64,000 nt of DNA from Candidatus Gastranaerophilales bacterium (lineage in GTDB: Bacteria; Cyanobacteriota; Vampirovibrionia; Gastranaerophilales; Gastranaerophilaceae): positions 763 through 64,762 of the forward strand of contig CALUXV010000004.1 of the NCBI GenBank assembly GCA_944324835.1. Direction: 5' to 3'. Made by a program: the position numbers and the translations under genes. The notes under the pieces were generated by a model, which did no database searches, was not told the origin of the DNA, and saw only the letters and a program-made list of their open reading frames with translations. This document shows positions 1 through 9,212 of this stretch, piece by piece. Within the stretch, counting starts at the first letter, position 1, and each line of letters opens with the position of its first letter.

Positions 1-189
1 AACAGACCAACACTGCCAAATATTCCGCCACAACCGCCAATGATGGACGGCAGACCGCCAATGAGACCGGATATTCCGCCGCAACCGCCAATGAGACCGG
101 ATATTCCACCACAACCGCCAATGATGGATGGCAGACCGCCGATGAGACCGGACGTTTCACCGCAACCGCCAATAATGGACGGCAGACCG
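1..189 (+). repeat. 51-bp coding tandem repeat, block 1 (continues upstream of the window)
   Basis: Successive units such as ccgccaatgatggacggcagaccgccaatgagaccggatattccgccgcaa differ by only a few nt. Confidence 0.9.
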
Positions 190-2451
190 CCAATTGGGCC
201 TAACATACCACCTAGACCGCTAATTAGCGGGCAGGATATGTTAAATATGTATCTTAAAAATGAACTATGGCTGCCGAATGTTGACCATGGTGCCGGAATA
301 CATCCACACTTTCCACCACATAAACCAAGCCTACCCCCAGGTGGACAAATAGGTACAGTATTTCCAATGCCCCCATACAAACCTCCGGTACAAAGCGAAA
401 CTAAACCGCCAATTCAAGAGGGACAAAAACCGCCGATTCAAGGTGAACAAAGACCACCAATGAAACCGGAGCTTCCGCCGCAACCGCCAATGATGGATGG
501 CAGACCACCAATGAGACCGGATGTTCCGCCACAACCGCCAATGATGGATGGCAGACCGCCAATGAGACCGGATGTTCCGCCGCAACCGCCAATAATGGAC
601 GGCAGACCGCCGATGAAACCGGATGTTCCGCTGCAACCACCAATAATGGATGGCAGACCGCCGATAAGACCGGATGTTCCGCCGCAACCACCAATAATGG
701 ATGGCAGACCGCCGATGAGACCGGACGTTTCACCGCAACCACCAATAATGGACGGCAGACCGCCAATGAGACCGGATGTTCCGCCGCAACCGCCAATGAC
801 GGATGGCAGACCTCCAATGAGACCGGATGTTCCGCCGCAACCGCCAATGATGGACGGCAGACCGCCGATGAGACCGGATGTTCCGCCGCAACCGCCAATG
901 ATGGACGGCAGACCGCCAATGAGACCGAATGTTCCGCCACAACCGCCAATTGGACCTAATATACCACCTAGACCACTAATTAGCGGACAGGATATGTTAC
1001 ATATGTATCTGCAAAATGAACTATGGCTGCCGAATGTTGACCATGGTGCAATTAAACCTCACCATCCACCTTTTGCAGAATCATGGCTAAGACCTGTATT
1101 ACCTAACACAGGAATGAATATTGGAATGCAACCGGATGTTCCGCCGCAACCGCCAATGATGGATGGCAGACCGCCGATGAGACCGGATGTTCCGCCGCAA
1201 CCACCAATGATGGACAGCAGACCACCGATGAGACCGGACATTCCACCGCAACCGCCAATAATGGATGGCAGACCACCGATGAAACCGGATATTCCGCCAC
1301 AACCGCCAATGATGGACGGCAGACCGCCAATGAAACCGGATGTTCCGCCGCAACCGCCAATGATGGATGGCAGACCGCCGATGAGACCGGATGTTCCGCC
1401 GCAACCACCAATAATGGACGGCAGACCGCCGATGAGACCGGATGTTCCGCCGCAACCGCCAATGATGGATGGCAGACCGCCAATGAGACCGGATGTTCCG
1501 CCGCATCGCCCAATGCCCCCGGGATTTAATCCTGATATAGGCCTACAGGAATATATGAGATATGAGATGTTAAGACCTGAACCGCATAGAGGACCAGGTC
1601 CCGGTCCAATGCCCGGAACACCTCCGCCTCCGAATGATAGATGGCATCATCACCATCACCATCACCATCATCATCACATGCCGCCACCTCCGCCTGAAAA
1701 ACCGGTAGATCCTGAAACTGCAGCAGCAATACAGATTATGCAAAATATTCAACAACCTGCTGAACCGACTCTTACTCAAATGCGTCAGCGCTTGAGCGGC
1801 GATGCTACAGAATTGTTCTTTACAGGTTTAATAAATTTAAATGATTTATCAAATACTTTAAAAGAAAATAGTAAAAGTGCCAAATCAAAACTTATTCTTG
1901 CGATGGCAAATGCTTCAAAACAAGGAATAGACAATTCGCAAATTAATGATACTATGAACTTAATTTCATCAAGTATGGCCGCTGCAGAATCTTCAACACC
2001 GTCTAAAATACTTAAGAATATCATTGAACTTTATCTTCCTTGGTATCCTCTTCAACAGGGAGTCGGGTTTGATTTGTCAATTGAAACTGCGCCTGCAGAT
2101 GAAAACTTTTTGTCTGTTCTTAAGGTTTGGATTCAGACTAGAAATTATGGAAATGTTAATGCCGTATTAACTCTTCTAACAACAAATTCCGTTGATATGA
2201 ATATTAAATGTAACAATAATTTTCCGAAAGATGATTTATTAAAGCGTCTTAAGGAAGAAACACATAATCATACAATGCAATCAAGTATTAATGTTGAAGA
2301 AGTCATTTCTGCAGATGGATATGTAGAACCGCAGCAGCAGGCAAAAGTAAATCTTTCATCGACTTATGAACTTAATCCGTATCTTCTGTTAATGGCTCAT
2401 TCATTTATTAAAAACACAATTGTTATCGACAGCAATATGAGCCTCACCTAA
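1..2451 (+). CDS. Pro/Met-rich tandem-repeat protein with H11 tract and ~250-aa non-repetitive C-terminal domain; 5' end lies outside the window
   Basis: The reading frame is open from nt 1, with no stop before the first ATG at 40. About 19 copies of the 17-aa unit [M/I]MDGRPPMRPDVPPQPP. H11 at 1645-1677. TAA stop at 2449-2451. Confidence 0.8.
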   Translation, partial: NRPTLPNIPPQPPMMDGRPPMRPDIPPQPPMRPDIPPQPPMMDGRPPMRPDVSPQPPIMDGRPPIGPNIPPRPLISGQDMLNMYLKNELWLPNVDHGAGIHPHFPPHKPSLPPGGQIGTVFPMPPYKPPVQSETKPPIQEGQKPPIQGEQRPPMKPELPPQPPMMDGRPPMRPDVPPQPPMMDGRPPMRPDVPPQPPIMDGRPPMKPDVPLQPPIMDGRPPIRPDVPPQPPIMDGRPPMRPDVSPQPPIMDGRPPMRPDVPPQPPMTDGRPPMRPDVPPQPPMMDGRPPMRPDVPPQPPMMDGRPPMRPNVPPQPPIGPNIPPRPLISGQDMLHMYLQNELWLPNVDHGAIKPHHPPFAESWLRPVLPNTGMNIGMQPDVPPQPPMMDGRPPMRPDVPPQPPMMDSRPPMRPDIPPQPPIMDGRPPMKPDIPPQPPMMDGRPPMKPDVPPQPPMMDGRPPMRPDVPPQPPIMDGRPPMRPDVPPQPPMMDGRPPMRPDVPPHRPMPPGFNPDIGLQEYMRYEMLRPEPHRGPGPGPMPGTPPPPNDRWHHHHHHHHHHHMPPPPPEKPVDPETAAAIQIMQNIQQPAEPTLTQMRQRLSGDATELFFTGLINLNDLSNTLKENSKSAKSKLILAMANASKQGIDNSQINDTMNLISSSMAAAESSTPSKILKNIIELYLPWYPLQQGVGFDLSIETAPADENFLSVLKVWIQTRNYGNVNAVLTLLTTNSVDMNIKCNNNFPKDDLLKRLKEETHNHTMQSSINVEEVISADGYVEPQQQAKVNLSSTYELNPYLLLMAHSFIKNTIVIDSNMSLT
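190..294 (+). repeat. ~105-bp spacer module, copy A (encodes PIGPNIPPRPLISGQDMLNMYLKNELWLPNVDHGA)
   Basis: Nearly the same nucleotide and peptide string recurs at 945-1049. Confidence 0.85.
451..944 (+). repeat. 51-bp coding tandem repeat, block 2 (~9.5 units)
   Basis: Nine consecutive xMDGRPPM[RK]PDVPPQPP units read directly from the translation; nucleotide identity between units is very high. Confidence 0.9.
945..1049 (+). repeat. ~105-bp spacer module, copy B (PIGPNIPPRPLISGQDMLHMYLQNELWLPNVDHGA)
   Basis: Duplicate of 190-294 with a few substitutions. Confidence 0.85.
1129..1503 (+). repeat. 51-bp coding tandem repeat, block 3 (~7 units)
   Basis: Seven further units, ending in a degenerate unit ...PDVPPHRPMPPG. 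Confidence 0.9.
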
Positions 2452-2567
2452 TATGTTTATTATGAAACAAATTACTTTATCACATACTTGATTTGAATTT
2501 TTGTTTAAGGTTTAATTGAATTACTGAGGATTAATCCTCTAGTCTTTTAGAAAGTAGATTCAATTTA

Positions 2568-3440
2568 TTGAGTAGTCGAAACATAAAATTGGCAAAATTT
2601 GCAGGATTCTGTTACGGAGTAAAACGAGCAGTAGAAACTGTCAAGAAATTAAAAGCAGATAATCCTGATAAAAATATTTGTATATTAGGGGAACTTATCC
2701 ATAACACTCAAGTTATCCAAGAACTTGATGAAATGGGTATTAAAACAATTGATGAACTTCCGGAAAAAGGTGACGGTATATGCGTAATAAGAAGTCACGG
2801 TGCATCCCCGGAAGTGTTTGAAAACATTAAAAATGCGGGATTTGAAATAGTTGATTTAACTTGTCTGGACGTAAAGAAAGTTCAGCAGCAGGCAATAGAG
2901 CTTGCAAAAGAGGGGTATTTTTTAGTAATAGTTGGTAAATCCGAGCATCCTGAGGTAGTTGCAATCAAGGCAAATGCTGAATTATGGAGCAAAAATGTTG
3001 TTGTTGCAAGTACCCCGGAAAAGCTGGAAGAATATAAAGAAAGTATCAAAAAACATAAAAAAGTCGGGGTTGTAGTTCAAACAACACAAAGGGTAGACAA
3101 TTTAAAGGCAATCGTCGATTATTTAATACCGTTATCAAAAGAACTTCATATTGCAAATACCATTTGTTCAAGTACCTCAATGCGACAAACAGAAGCAAAA
3201 GAACTTGCGCAAGAAAGTGATTTGATGATAGTTGTAGGCTCTAAAAAAAGTGCAAATACAACTCACCTTGCAGAAATTTTAAAAGATTACTGCAAAACAA
3301 TTCATATTGAAAACGACAGAGAATTGATAAATTATAAAGAACTGATTGAAAATGCAAAAGATATAGGCATCACAGCCGGAGCATCTACTCCGCAGTCAGT
3401 TATAGAAAAAGTTGTTAATGAAATAAAAGGAGGAATATAA
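2568..3440 (+). CDS. ispH: 4-hydroxy-3-methylbut-2-enyl diphosphate reductase (IspH/LytB)
   Basis: 290 aa. The three conserved Cys contexts are present ('GFCYGV', 'DLTCLDV', 'NTICSST'), along with 'IRSHG' and 'GASTP'. TTG start. Confidence 0.9.
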   Translation: MSSRNIKLAKFAGFCYGVKRAVETVKKLKADNPDKNICILGELIHNTQVIQELDEMGIKTIDELPEKGDGICVIRSHGASPEVFENIKNAGFEIVDLTCLDVKKVQQQAIELAKEGYFLVIVGKSEHPEVVAIKANAELWSKNVVVASTPEKLEEYKESIKKHKKVGVVVQTTQRVDNLKAIVDYLIPLSKELHIANTICSSTSMRQTEAKELAQESDLMIVVGSKKSANTTHLAEILKDYCKTIHIENDRELINYKELIENAKDIGITAGASTPQSVIEKVVNEIKGGI

Positions 3441-3441
3441 T

Positions 3442-4503
3442 ATGACAGCAACATTAGAAAGAACACTAGATGAGTTTGAAACTCTATTAGAAGAATCATT
3501 CTCAAAATCTTATGCAGTAGCAGATATCGTAGAAGGTACTGTTATAAAAAAAGAATCTGAAGGTTATTTGGTAAGCGTTAAGGGTGCTAAAATGGAAGCA
3601 TTCTTATCCAACAAAGAATTATCATCAGAAGAACCATCATTAGAAATAGGTGATATAAAAGAATTTTATGTATTAAAAGAAGAAAATGATGAAGACCCAA
3701 TGTTATTATCATTGAAGAGAATTGCATTTGCTCAAGCATGGGCTCAATTAAATGATGCAAAAATTCAAGGTGATACTATACTTGCCAAAGTTGTTTCAAC
3801 TGTTAAAGGCGGTGTATTAGTAGACGTTGCAGACCTTAAAGGTTTCATCCCATCTTCTCAATTGAGAACAGGAACTCCATTTGATGGCTTAATCGATCAA
3901 AAAATTGAAGTTAAAGTCCTGGAAGCTGATCCTAAGAAAAATAAACTTATCTTATCTCAACGTCAAGCTGTTGCAGAACAAAGAGATCAAGTAGTTGATA
4001 ACGTATTAGCATCTTTAGAAGAAGATTCAATCGTTAAAGGTACTGTTGTAAGAATTACAGACTTTGGTGCATTTGTTGATATTAATGGTATTGATGGATT
4101 GTTACCTATCTCTGAAATCTCTTGGCAAAGAATTAAACACCCATCAGATGTTCTTACATTAGGTGATGAAATCGAAGTTAAAATTATCAAAATTGATACA
4201 GAATTAAAGAGAATTTCATTAAGCTTAAAGAGAATGGGTGAAAATCCTTGGCAGCAAATTGAAGGTCAATTTGAAGAAGGACAAGTTGTTAAAGGTACTG
4301 TCAACAAAATTACTACTTTCGGTGCATTTATAAACATCTTCCCTGGAGTAGAAGCATTGTTACCGGTATCAGAAATGAGCAATGAAAACGTTAATCCATT
4401 CAATATGTTCAAAGTAGGTGATGAAATTGAAGTTCTTATCAAAAGATTCACTCCAAAAGAACATAGAATTGCATTAAGCGTTAAAGATATTCCAAACGCA
4501 TAA
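3442..4503 (+). CDS. S1 RNA-binding domain protein (ribosomal protein S1-like, four S1 repeats)
   Basis: 353 aa. Repeated OB/S1 signatures such as 'GTVVRITDFGAFVDINGIDGLLPISEIS' and 'GTVNKITTFGAFINIFPGVEALLPVSEMS'. The ATG lies 2 nt after the ispH stop; ispH-S1 linkage is known from other lineages. Confidence 0.85.
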   Translation: MTATLERTLDEFETLLEESFSKSYAVADIVEGTVIKKESEGYLVSVKGAKMEAFLSNKELSSEEPSLEIGDIKEFYVLKEENDEDPMLLSLKRIAFAQAWAQLNDAKIQGDTILAKVVSTVKGGVLVDVADLKGFIPSSQLRTGTPFDGLIDQKIEVKVLEADPKKNKLILSQRQAVAEQRDQVVDNVLASLEEDSIVKGTVVRITDFGAFVDINGIDGLLPISEISWQRIKHPSDVLTLGDEIEVKIIKIDTELKRISLSLKRMGENPWQQIEGQFEEGQVVKGTVNKITTFGAFINIFPGVEALLPVSEMSNENVNPFNMFKVGDEIEVLIKRFTPKEHRIALSVKDIPNA

Positions 4504-4523
4504 TTTTAAACTTCATAAGCAAG

Positions 4524-4564
4524 AAATAAATGGCTGGATAATTAAATATCCAGCCTATTTATTT
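4524..4564. terminator. Bidirectional intrinsic terminator between convergent S1 and CNNM genes
   Basis: 9-bp stem ggctggata / tatccagcc (4532-4540 / 4547-4555), flanked by an A-rich 5' side and a T-rich 3' side. Confidence 0.6.
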
Positions 4565-4622
4565 AAAATAATTATTAATCTGATAAAAAGTACATAAGTT
4601 TAACTTAATTTAAACATATTTT

Positions 4623-5969
4623 TTACTCTTCTGCAGAAACTTCTTTATTAACAGGAGTTTTAGTAATAACAAGTCTTGTGACTCTTGCACCGTCAACTTT
4701 TTGGACTGAGAATTTTAATCCTTGTTCAGGGATTTCAACAGTATCACCAACCTGTGCTATACGACCAAGAATTTTTACAACAAGACCACCGATTGTTTCA
4801 ATATCTTCGAAATCAAAATCATCTTCTTTAATATCAAAAAATTCCGCAACTTCATCAATTCTCATCATTGCATTTGCAACATAAGTATTTTCTGCAACTT
4901 CTTTGATATCAACTTCTTCTTCATTATCAAATTCATCCTGAACTTCACCGATAATTTCTTCTAATACATCCTCTAACGTAATCAAACCGGATGTTCCGCC
5001 GAATTCATCGACAACAATACCCATTTGACTATGACGTTTTTTAAACTCTCTCATTAGATTATCAAGAGTCATCGTTTCAGGAACAAGAATCAATGGACGA
5101 ATCAGTTTATCGATATTAAATTCTTCATGTTTTAATGATGCTGCATACAAATCCTTAACATGGATAAATCCTAAAATTTTATCAATATTTTCTTCATAAA
5201 TCGGATATCTTGTATACTGGTTTTCAAGAGTAATATTTTTTAATTCTTCATAAGTTAATCCGTCTTTGTCAATACACATCATATCTGTACGAGGAATCAT
5301 AATTTGTTTTGCTGTTAAATCCGAGAATTTAAACATATTATGAAGCATTTCCGCTTCTGTTTCATTCAAAACACCCTCGTTATAACTTGCGTCCACAATC
5401 ATATCCAGTTCTTCCGTTGAATGAACAAGAGGAGATTGCGGCGTATCGATACAACAAAGTTTTAAAAGTTTATTATTACAAGTTGCCAGAACCCAAACAA
5501 AAGGTTTGAATACAACTTCAAAAAACTTGATAGGTCTTGCACAAAATAAAGCAAACTTTTCCGGATACTGAATAGCCATACATTTAGGCAGCTGTTCTCC
5601 GAGAAGCACATGTAAAAAAGTAACCAAAGCAAATGATATCGGAACTGCAATTGCATGGGAAGTTACAGATACATTTACATTCGGGAAAAGAACAATAATT
5701 TTTTCTATAATTCTAACTACAGTAGCTTCACCAACCCAACCAAGTGCAATACTTGCAATTGTAATCCCTAATTGAATTGCCGCAAGCATATCGTTCATAT
5801 TTTCAACAGTATTTAATGCAACTTTTGCTGTCGAACTTCCTTCATTAGAAAGTTGTTCCAATTTTGTTTTTCTAACCTTTACCAAAGCAAACTCTGAGGC
5901 AACAAAAAAAGCATTTGCAAATATTAATACTGCAACTACTAATATATTGAATAAAATACTCTGGTCCAT
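4623..5969 (-). CDS. CNNM/DUF21-CBS-CorC_HlyC family membrane protein (hemolysin/CorC-like, putative Mg/Co efflux-associated)
   Basis: 448 aa. N-terminal TM region, a CBS pair ('MIPRTDM', 'YTRYPIY') and the C-terminal segment 'GIVVDEFGGTSGLITLEDVLEEIIGEV'. Confidence 0.85.
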   Translation of the reverse strand: MDQSILFNILVVAVLIFANAFFVASEFALVKVRKTKLEQLSNEGSSTAKVALNTVENMNDMLAAIQLGITIASIALGWVGEATVVRIIEKIIVLFPNVNVSVTSHAIAVPISFALVTFLHVLLGEQLPKCMAIQYPEKFALFCARPIKFFEVVFKPFVWVLATCNNKLLKLCCIDTPQSPLVHSTEELDMIVDASYNEGVLNETEAEMLHNMFKFSDLTAKQIMIPRTDMMCIDKDGLTYEELKNITLENQYTRYPIYEENIDKILGFIHVKDLYAASLKHEEFNIDKLIRPLILVPETMTLDNLMREFKKRHSQMGIVVDEFGGTSGLITLEDVLEEIIGEVQDEFDNEEEVDIKEVAENTYVANAMMRIDEVAEFFDIKEDDFDFEDIETIGGLVVKILGRIAQVGDTVEIPEQGLKFSVQKVDGARVTRLVITKTPVNKEVSAEE

Positions 5970-6030
5970 TTACCTTCTATAATCCTCTATCTATTTTTCA
6001 ATTTTATAATATTATTTTAATTTACGCAAG

Positions 6031-7101
6031 TTATTTAATAAAAATGTTGTAGTCCGCAGATATAATATTTTCTAACTCATTCAACAAGTCAGATTCCGGT
6101 ACTCGTTTAATAATTTCACCCTTTTTAAAAATATATCCTTCACCGATTGCACCTGCAATACCGTAATCTGCGTGAGATGCTTCTCCAGGACCATTTACAG
6201 GACAACCCATCGTAGCTATTGTAATCGGTAAATCTAGATTTTTAAATCTTTCTTCAACCCTTTTTGCCAGCCCTATTAAATCAATCTGGGTTCTGCCGCA
6301 AGTCGGACAAGATACAAAGTTAATTCCTCTTTCTCTGAGTCCGAGAGATTTTAAAATACCCCATCCTGCATAAACTTCTTCTATAGGATTTTCTGTCAAC
6401 GAAACTCTTATGGTATCACCAATACCTTCTGCAAGTAATGTTCCGATTCCGACAGAAGATTTTATTAATCCGCCTTTTAAAGTTCCGGCTTCTGTTACAC
6501 CAACATGTAAAGGATAATCAACTTTTTGTGCCATTAAACGGTATGCTTCAATTGTAGTCATAACATCAGATGATTTTAGAGAAATTTTCATGCAATCATA
6601 ATCCAAATCTTCAAGAATTTGAATATGTTTCATGGCACTTTCTACCATTTTTTCTGCAAGAGTCAAATCTTCTCTGGATTTTAACTCTTTTTCTAAAGAT
6701 CCTGCATTAATTCCTATACGAATAGGAACTTGATTTATTTTCGCAAGATTGACCACTTTTTCTGTATGCTCACGTTTACCAATATTCCCGGGATTAATTC
6801 TGAGTGCATGAATCCCGTTTTCAATACATTGAATTGCAAGTCTGTAATCAAAATGAATGTCTGCTACCAGCGGAATATTTGTTTTTTTTACAATTTCTTT
6901 TATCGCATCTGCAGCATCTTTATTCAATACAGCAAGTCGTGCAATTTCACATCCTGCATCTTCAAATTCTTTTATCTGGTAAACTGTTGAATCTATATCA
7001 CGGGTATCAGTGTTACACATAGATTGTACAGATACAGGTGCACCGCCACCAATTTTTACATTTCCAATTGTAATTTGTTTTGAGTTTCTTCTTTTTATCA
7101 T
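6031..7101 (-). CDS. ispG: 4-hydroxy-3-methylbut-2-en-1-yl diphosphate synthase (IspG/GcpE)
   Basis: 356 aa. Fe-S cysteine motifs 'CPTCGR' and 'GCPVNGPGE', with a GcpE-type N-terminal barrel sequence. Confidence 0.92.
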   Translation of the reverse strand: MIKRRNSKQITIGNVKIGGGAPVSVQSMCNTDTRDIDSTVYQIKEFEDAGCEIARLAVLNKDAADAIKEIVKKTNIPLVADIHFDYRLAIQCIENGIHALRINPGNIGKREHTEKVVNLAKINQVPIRIGINAGSLEKELKSREDLTLAEKMVESAMKHIQILEDLDYDCMKISLKSSDVMTTIEAYRLMAQKVDYPLHVGVTEAGTLKGGLIKSSVGIGTLLAEGIGDTIRVSLTENPIEEVYAGWGILKSLGLRERGINFVSCPTCGRTQIDLIGLAKRVEERFKNLDLPITIATMGCPVNGPGEASHADYGIAGAIGEGYIFKKGEIIKRVPESDLLNELENIISADYNIFIK

Positions 7102-7131
7102 ATAATTAATTGTACAACGAAGAGGTGAAAA

Positions 7132-7878
7132 ATGAAAATAGCAATTTTATCAGATATCCACGGGAATTTTACAGCACTTAATGCGGTAATTGATGACATA
7201 CAAAGAAACAAATGTGATAAGATGTTTTTTTTAGGTGATTACGTGCTGGCAGGGCCTGAACCCGCACCTACACTTGATTATTGTATGCATTTAAGTACGT
7301 ATGATAACGTTGAAATGATTCAGGGGAATACGGATAAAATGATTGCAGAGTATTCTGATGATATTTATAACTCACTAAAAGACGGCGGAGCACCTATTAT
7401 GGCAAACGCATTAAAAGATGATGTTTCAATACTCAATCAGAATCATAAGGATTTTTTAAGAAATTTACCGGCAGAAAAACTTGTTGAAGAAGAAGGAATA
7501 AAAATTCTTCTTGTACACGGTTCTCCTAGAAGGAATAATGAAGATATTCTGCCGGATACTCCGCCCAAAGAGGTTGAAGAAATGGTTAAAGACACAGATG
7601 CAACAATTATTCTTTGCGGACATACGCATATACCTTGCGGATTTCAAACAACAACCAAGAAAACCGTTATAAATGTTGGAAGTGTCGGCCGGCCGTTTAC
7701 GGAACAGCCAAAATCTTGTTACCTTATATTAGATTTTAATGACGGTAAATTTTTAATAGAACACAAATTTGTAAGATATGATAATAAAAAAGCTGCAGAC
7801 ATTCTAGCGAAAAGAGAATTTGAAGGTGCAGAAAAACTTTCTCAAGTTTTAATAACCCCTTCAGAAAGACATTTTTAA
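7132..7878 (+). CDS. Metallophosphoesterase (calcineurin-like, YfcE-type)
   Basis: 248 aa. Motifs 'DIHGN', 'LGDYV', 'GNTD', 'GHTH'. SD GAGGTG upstream. Confidence 0.85.
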   Translation: MKIAILSDIHGNFTALNAVIDDIQRNKCDKMFFLGDYVLAGPEPAPTLDYCMHLSTYDNVEMIQGNTDKMIAEYSDDIYNSLKDGGAPIMANALKDDVSILNQNHKDFLRNLPAEKLVEEEGIKILLVHGSPRRNNEDILPDTPPKEVEEMVKDTDATIILCGHTHIPCGFQTTTKKTVINVGSVGRPFTEQPKSCYLILDFNDGKFLIEHKFVRYDNKKAADILAKREFEGAEKLSQVLITPSERHF

Positions 7879-7896
7879 ATTTTAAACAACAATATA

Positions 7897-7937
7897 AAAA
7901 ACAGTCCTGTTTTTATTTCTTAAACAGGACTGTTTTT
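7897..7937. terminator. Bidirectional intrinsic terminator
   Basis: 16-bp perfect stem aaaaacagtcctgttt / aaacaggactgttttt with a 9-nt loop, an A-run on the 5' side and a T-run on the 3' side. It sits between convergent genes. Confidence 0.85.
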
Positions 7938-7957
7938 GTAAATTTAAATCAAATTAA

Positions 7958-8641
7958 TTACGAATAAGGTTCTTCTTTTCTCATACTAACCTGCAATTTT
8001 GGAGTTCTTGAAGTAGTTGCCGGAGTTTGCTTTATAATAAGCCTATTAGTTCCGTCACTAATTACTCTTGGAACACTTGCAGTCATCGGTTTTACAGAAC
8101 CATGAGAACTAATCGCAATTGGAGCCGGGTTGGTAACATGATGTACTGCAGTATGTACATTACCTTTATTTCTCATAGCAGCATCAGGATTTGCTTTTAA
8201 CCTATAGTACTCAGTCATAATCTTAGCCACATAATTACGGCTATATGGCGGAGCACAGTGGTGTTTTAAAACATAAGCAGGGCCTGCATTGTATGCCGCT
8301 AATGCCAGCTCTGTTGATCCAAACATTTTGTACAGCATCTTGTAGTATAAAATACCACCTTTGATGTTGTCAGCTAAATGATAAGGGTTTACACCCAATC
8401 TTGCCGCAGTAGACGGCATAAGTTGAAATACCCCTACAGCACCATGAACACTTCTACTAGAGTGGTTATAACCGGACTCAACTTTCGCAATAGATAAAGC
8501 TATTGCAGGGTCAACGCCTAGCGCAACTGAATGCTGCACAATAGTGTTTTTTACATGGCTTACGGGTACTTCAGAAGCATTGACTTTCGTAGACAGTAGT
8601 ATCACTATCAAAGTAGTGAACAGTACTAGTTTTCTAATCAT
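7958..8641 (-). CDS. Secreted lytic transglycosylase (SLT/GH23 domain)
   Basis: 227 aa. N-terminal signal peptide and the motifs 'ESGYN', 'GVFQLMP', 'AYNAGP'. Confidence 0.85.
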   Translation of the reverse strand: MIRKLVLFTTLIVILLSTKVNASEVPVSHVKNTIVQHSVALGVDPAIALSIAKVESGYNHSSRSVHGAVGVFQLMPSTAARLGVNPYHLADNIKGGILYYKMLYKMFGSTELALAAYNAGPAYVLKHHCAPPYSRNYVAKIMTEYYRLKANPDAAMRNKGNVHTAVHHVTNPAPIAISSHGSVKPMTASVPRVISDGTNRLIIKQTPATTSRTPKLQVSMRKEEPYS

Positions 8642-9212
8642 CTAAATCCTCTTTTACTTGTAAATTGCAACTCCGAAAAAGATTCGCTTTTAATAGTTAA
8701 CAGCTATCAAATTAAAATCCAACGGAAAATAATTTATACAATTATAATATTACAAAAAGATTACATTTCAAGTTTTACCTAAAAACACCCTGTAGTTAAT
8801 ACCGCTCAAACCCAGCTATAATCTACATATTAAGAAATGTAACAAGCACACTTAAAATTTGTTGAATTTTTAGAAACTTAGAATATATTAAATTATTAAA
8901 TTATACTTTGCTTAGATTTTTTAAGATAGAAATTATAATTTGTTTTATACTTTTATCAGCATAGATTGTAAGCAAAAAATCTCAATATTTTGATAGAAGA
9001 AAACAACCTAATACATTTGCCGGCTTACGACAATACGTCATTTACATTCATTCAGTACGACAGAAATAAATGTATTTTTATATTTATTATATACACCTCT
9101 TGCTGGAAATTATGAAATTTTGTAACAAAAAATATAAATCAAGTCAATTTTGAGACTTGATTCATCTTATAAAATTGTGTAGTATGTAGGTAGAAAAATC
9201 TAAGGAGAAATT

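Noticed and set aside
1-1503. Could the regular 51-bp repeats be a CRISPR array?
   Set aside because: The units are contiguous with no unique spacers, are in frame with a long ORF, and there are no cas genes in the window.
331-1513. Six minus-strand ORFs (331-687, 401-949, 730-942, 1059-1241, 1099-1506, 1103-1513) that encode repetitive Arg/Trp- or Ala/Val-rich peptides
   Set aside because: They are antisense shadows of the 51-bp repeat. A stop-free unit repeated in tandem stays stop-free in several frames. They have no independent start context, and the plus-strand frame is continuous with a non-repetitive C-terminal domain.
7686-7693. GC-only palindromes (ggccggcc at 7686-7693, ccggccgg at 32988-32995) in an AT-rich genome as possible restriction or uptake signals
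   Set aside because: There are only two occurrences. The first is inside a coding sequence (SVGRPF). There is no repeated longer context.
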